Assembly (NCBI RefSeq): GCF_037042905.1
Contig: NC_087250.1
Coordinates: 5,272,001 to 5,336,000 of the forward strand
Source: Lytechinus pictus
Lineage: Eukaryota
Length of the DNA stretch: 64,000 nt
Direction of reading: 5' to 3'
Numbering within the stretch: position 1 is the first letter of the stretch; each line of letters starts with the position of its first letter. The position numbers were made by a program, and so were the translations under genes. The notes under the pieces were generated by a model. It worked only from the letters and a program-made list of their open reading frames with translations, ran no database searches and was not told the DNA's origin. Shown one piece after another: positions 63,586 through 64,000 of the stretch.

Positions 63586-63700
63586 GAGATCAAGTGTATG
63601 GAGAGGGCCGTAGCAAGGTCAATACCTGTCTTCATCAAGCTTTCGGGCACATGCCCTTCATCAGGATCGTAGGGTCCGTAAGTATAGTGTGTTGTTTATA
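63583..63700 (-). mobile_element. Isolated PLE pseudo-LTR fragment in a (TA)n microsatellite, carrying a hammerhead motif (63634-63667)
   Basis: Minus strand ATC-CTGATGA-AGGGCA-TG-TGCCC-GAAAGCTT-GAT, with (TA)n on both sides. Confidence 0.72.
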
Positions 63701-64000
63701 GTATATATATATATATATATATATATAGTTTTTATAGTTCATATAAAAATTGTGAATTCTCTCGATCCAAGTCATGGCTTGGCAGTTTTTTAAACGGAAT
63801 AAAATATGAAAATCATATGCCTAATGATAATAATTATGATAAAGAATGTTATAACTATTATAACTGATTATTATTATTAATATCTTTAATCATTTAATTT
63901 AAAAAATAACTATTGATTAATGATTATTTTTTTAATTATTATTAATATCATTATCATCATTTTCACTATGATCGAATTGCTTTCTCTTCATATCTTCTAT

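Overview
This is a repeat-saturated, AT-rich eukaryotic window with no intact single-exon host gene. The repeat families suggest a marine invertebrate deuterostome, probably a sea urchin (inference only). Non-LTR retroelements: a near-intact CR1/L2-group LINE 3' half, further LINE fragments, a decayed R4/Dong-type element, and three Penelope-like elements plus a solo pseudo-LTR. Together these carry five hammerhead-ribozyme-like motifs. Also present are a Gypsy-type solo LTR, tRNA-derived SINEs and many nested non-autonomous DNA transposons (hAT-like, Tc1/mariner-like, TTAA, Harbinger-like, Academ-like, foldback). Three things stand out. (1) A tandemly duplicated, splice-phase-compatible two-exon module on the minus strand, whose larger exon has diverged almost only by amino-acid changes while the adjacent intron is nearly identical. 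(2) Two related long-inverted-repeat elements that each sit in an identical 12-bp motif (GGACGCGACCGG) inside what reconstructs as one former exon, which points to a sequence-specific foldback transposon family. (3) A transposon end built like a V(D)J 12-RSS (CACAGTG, 12-nt spacer, ACAAAAGCG). All coordinates and counts were read by eye.
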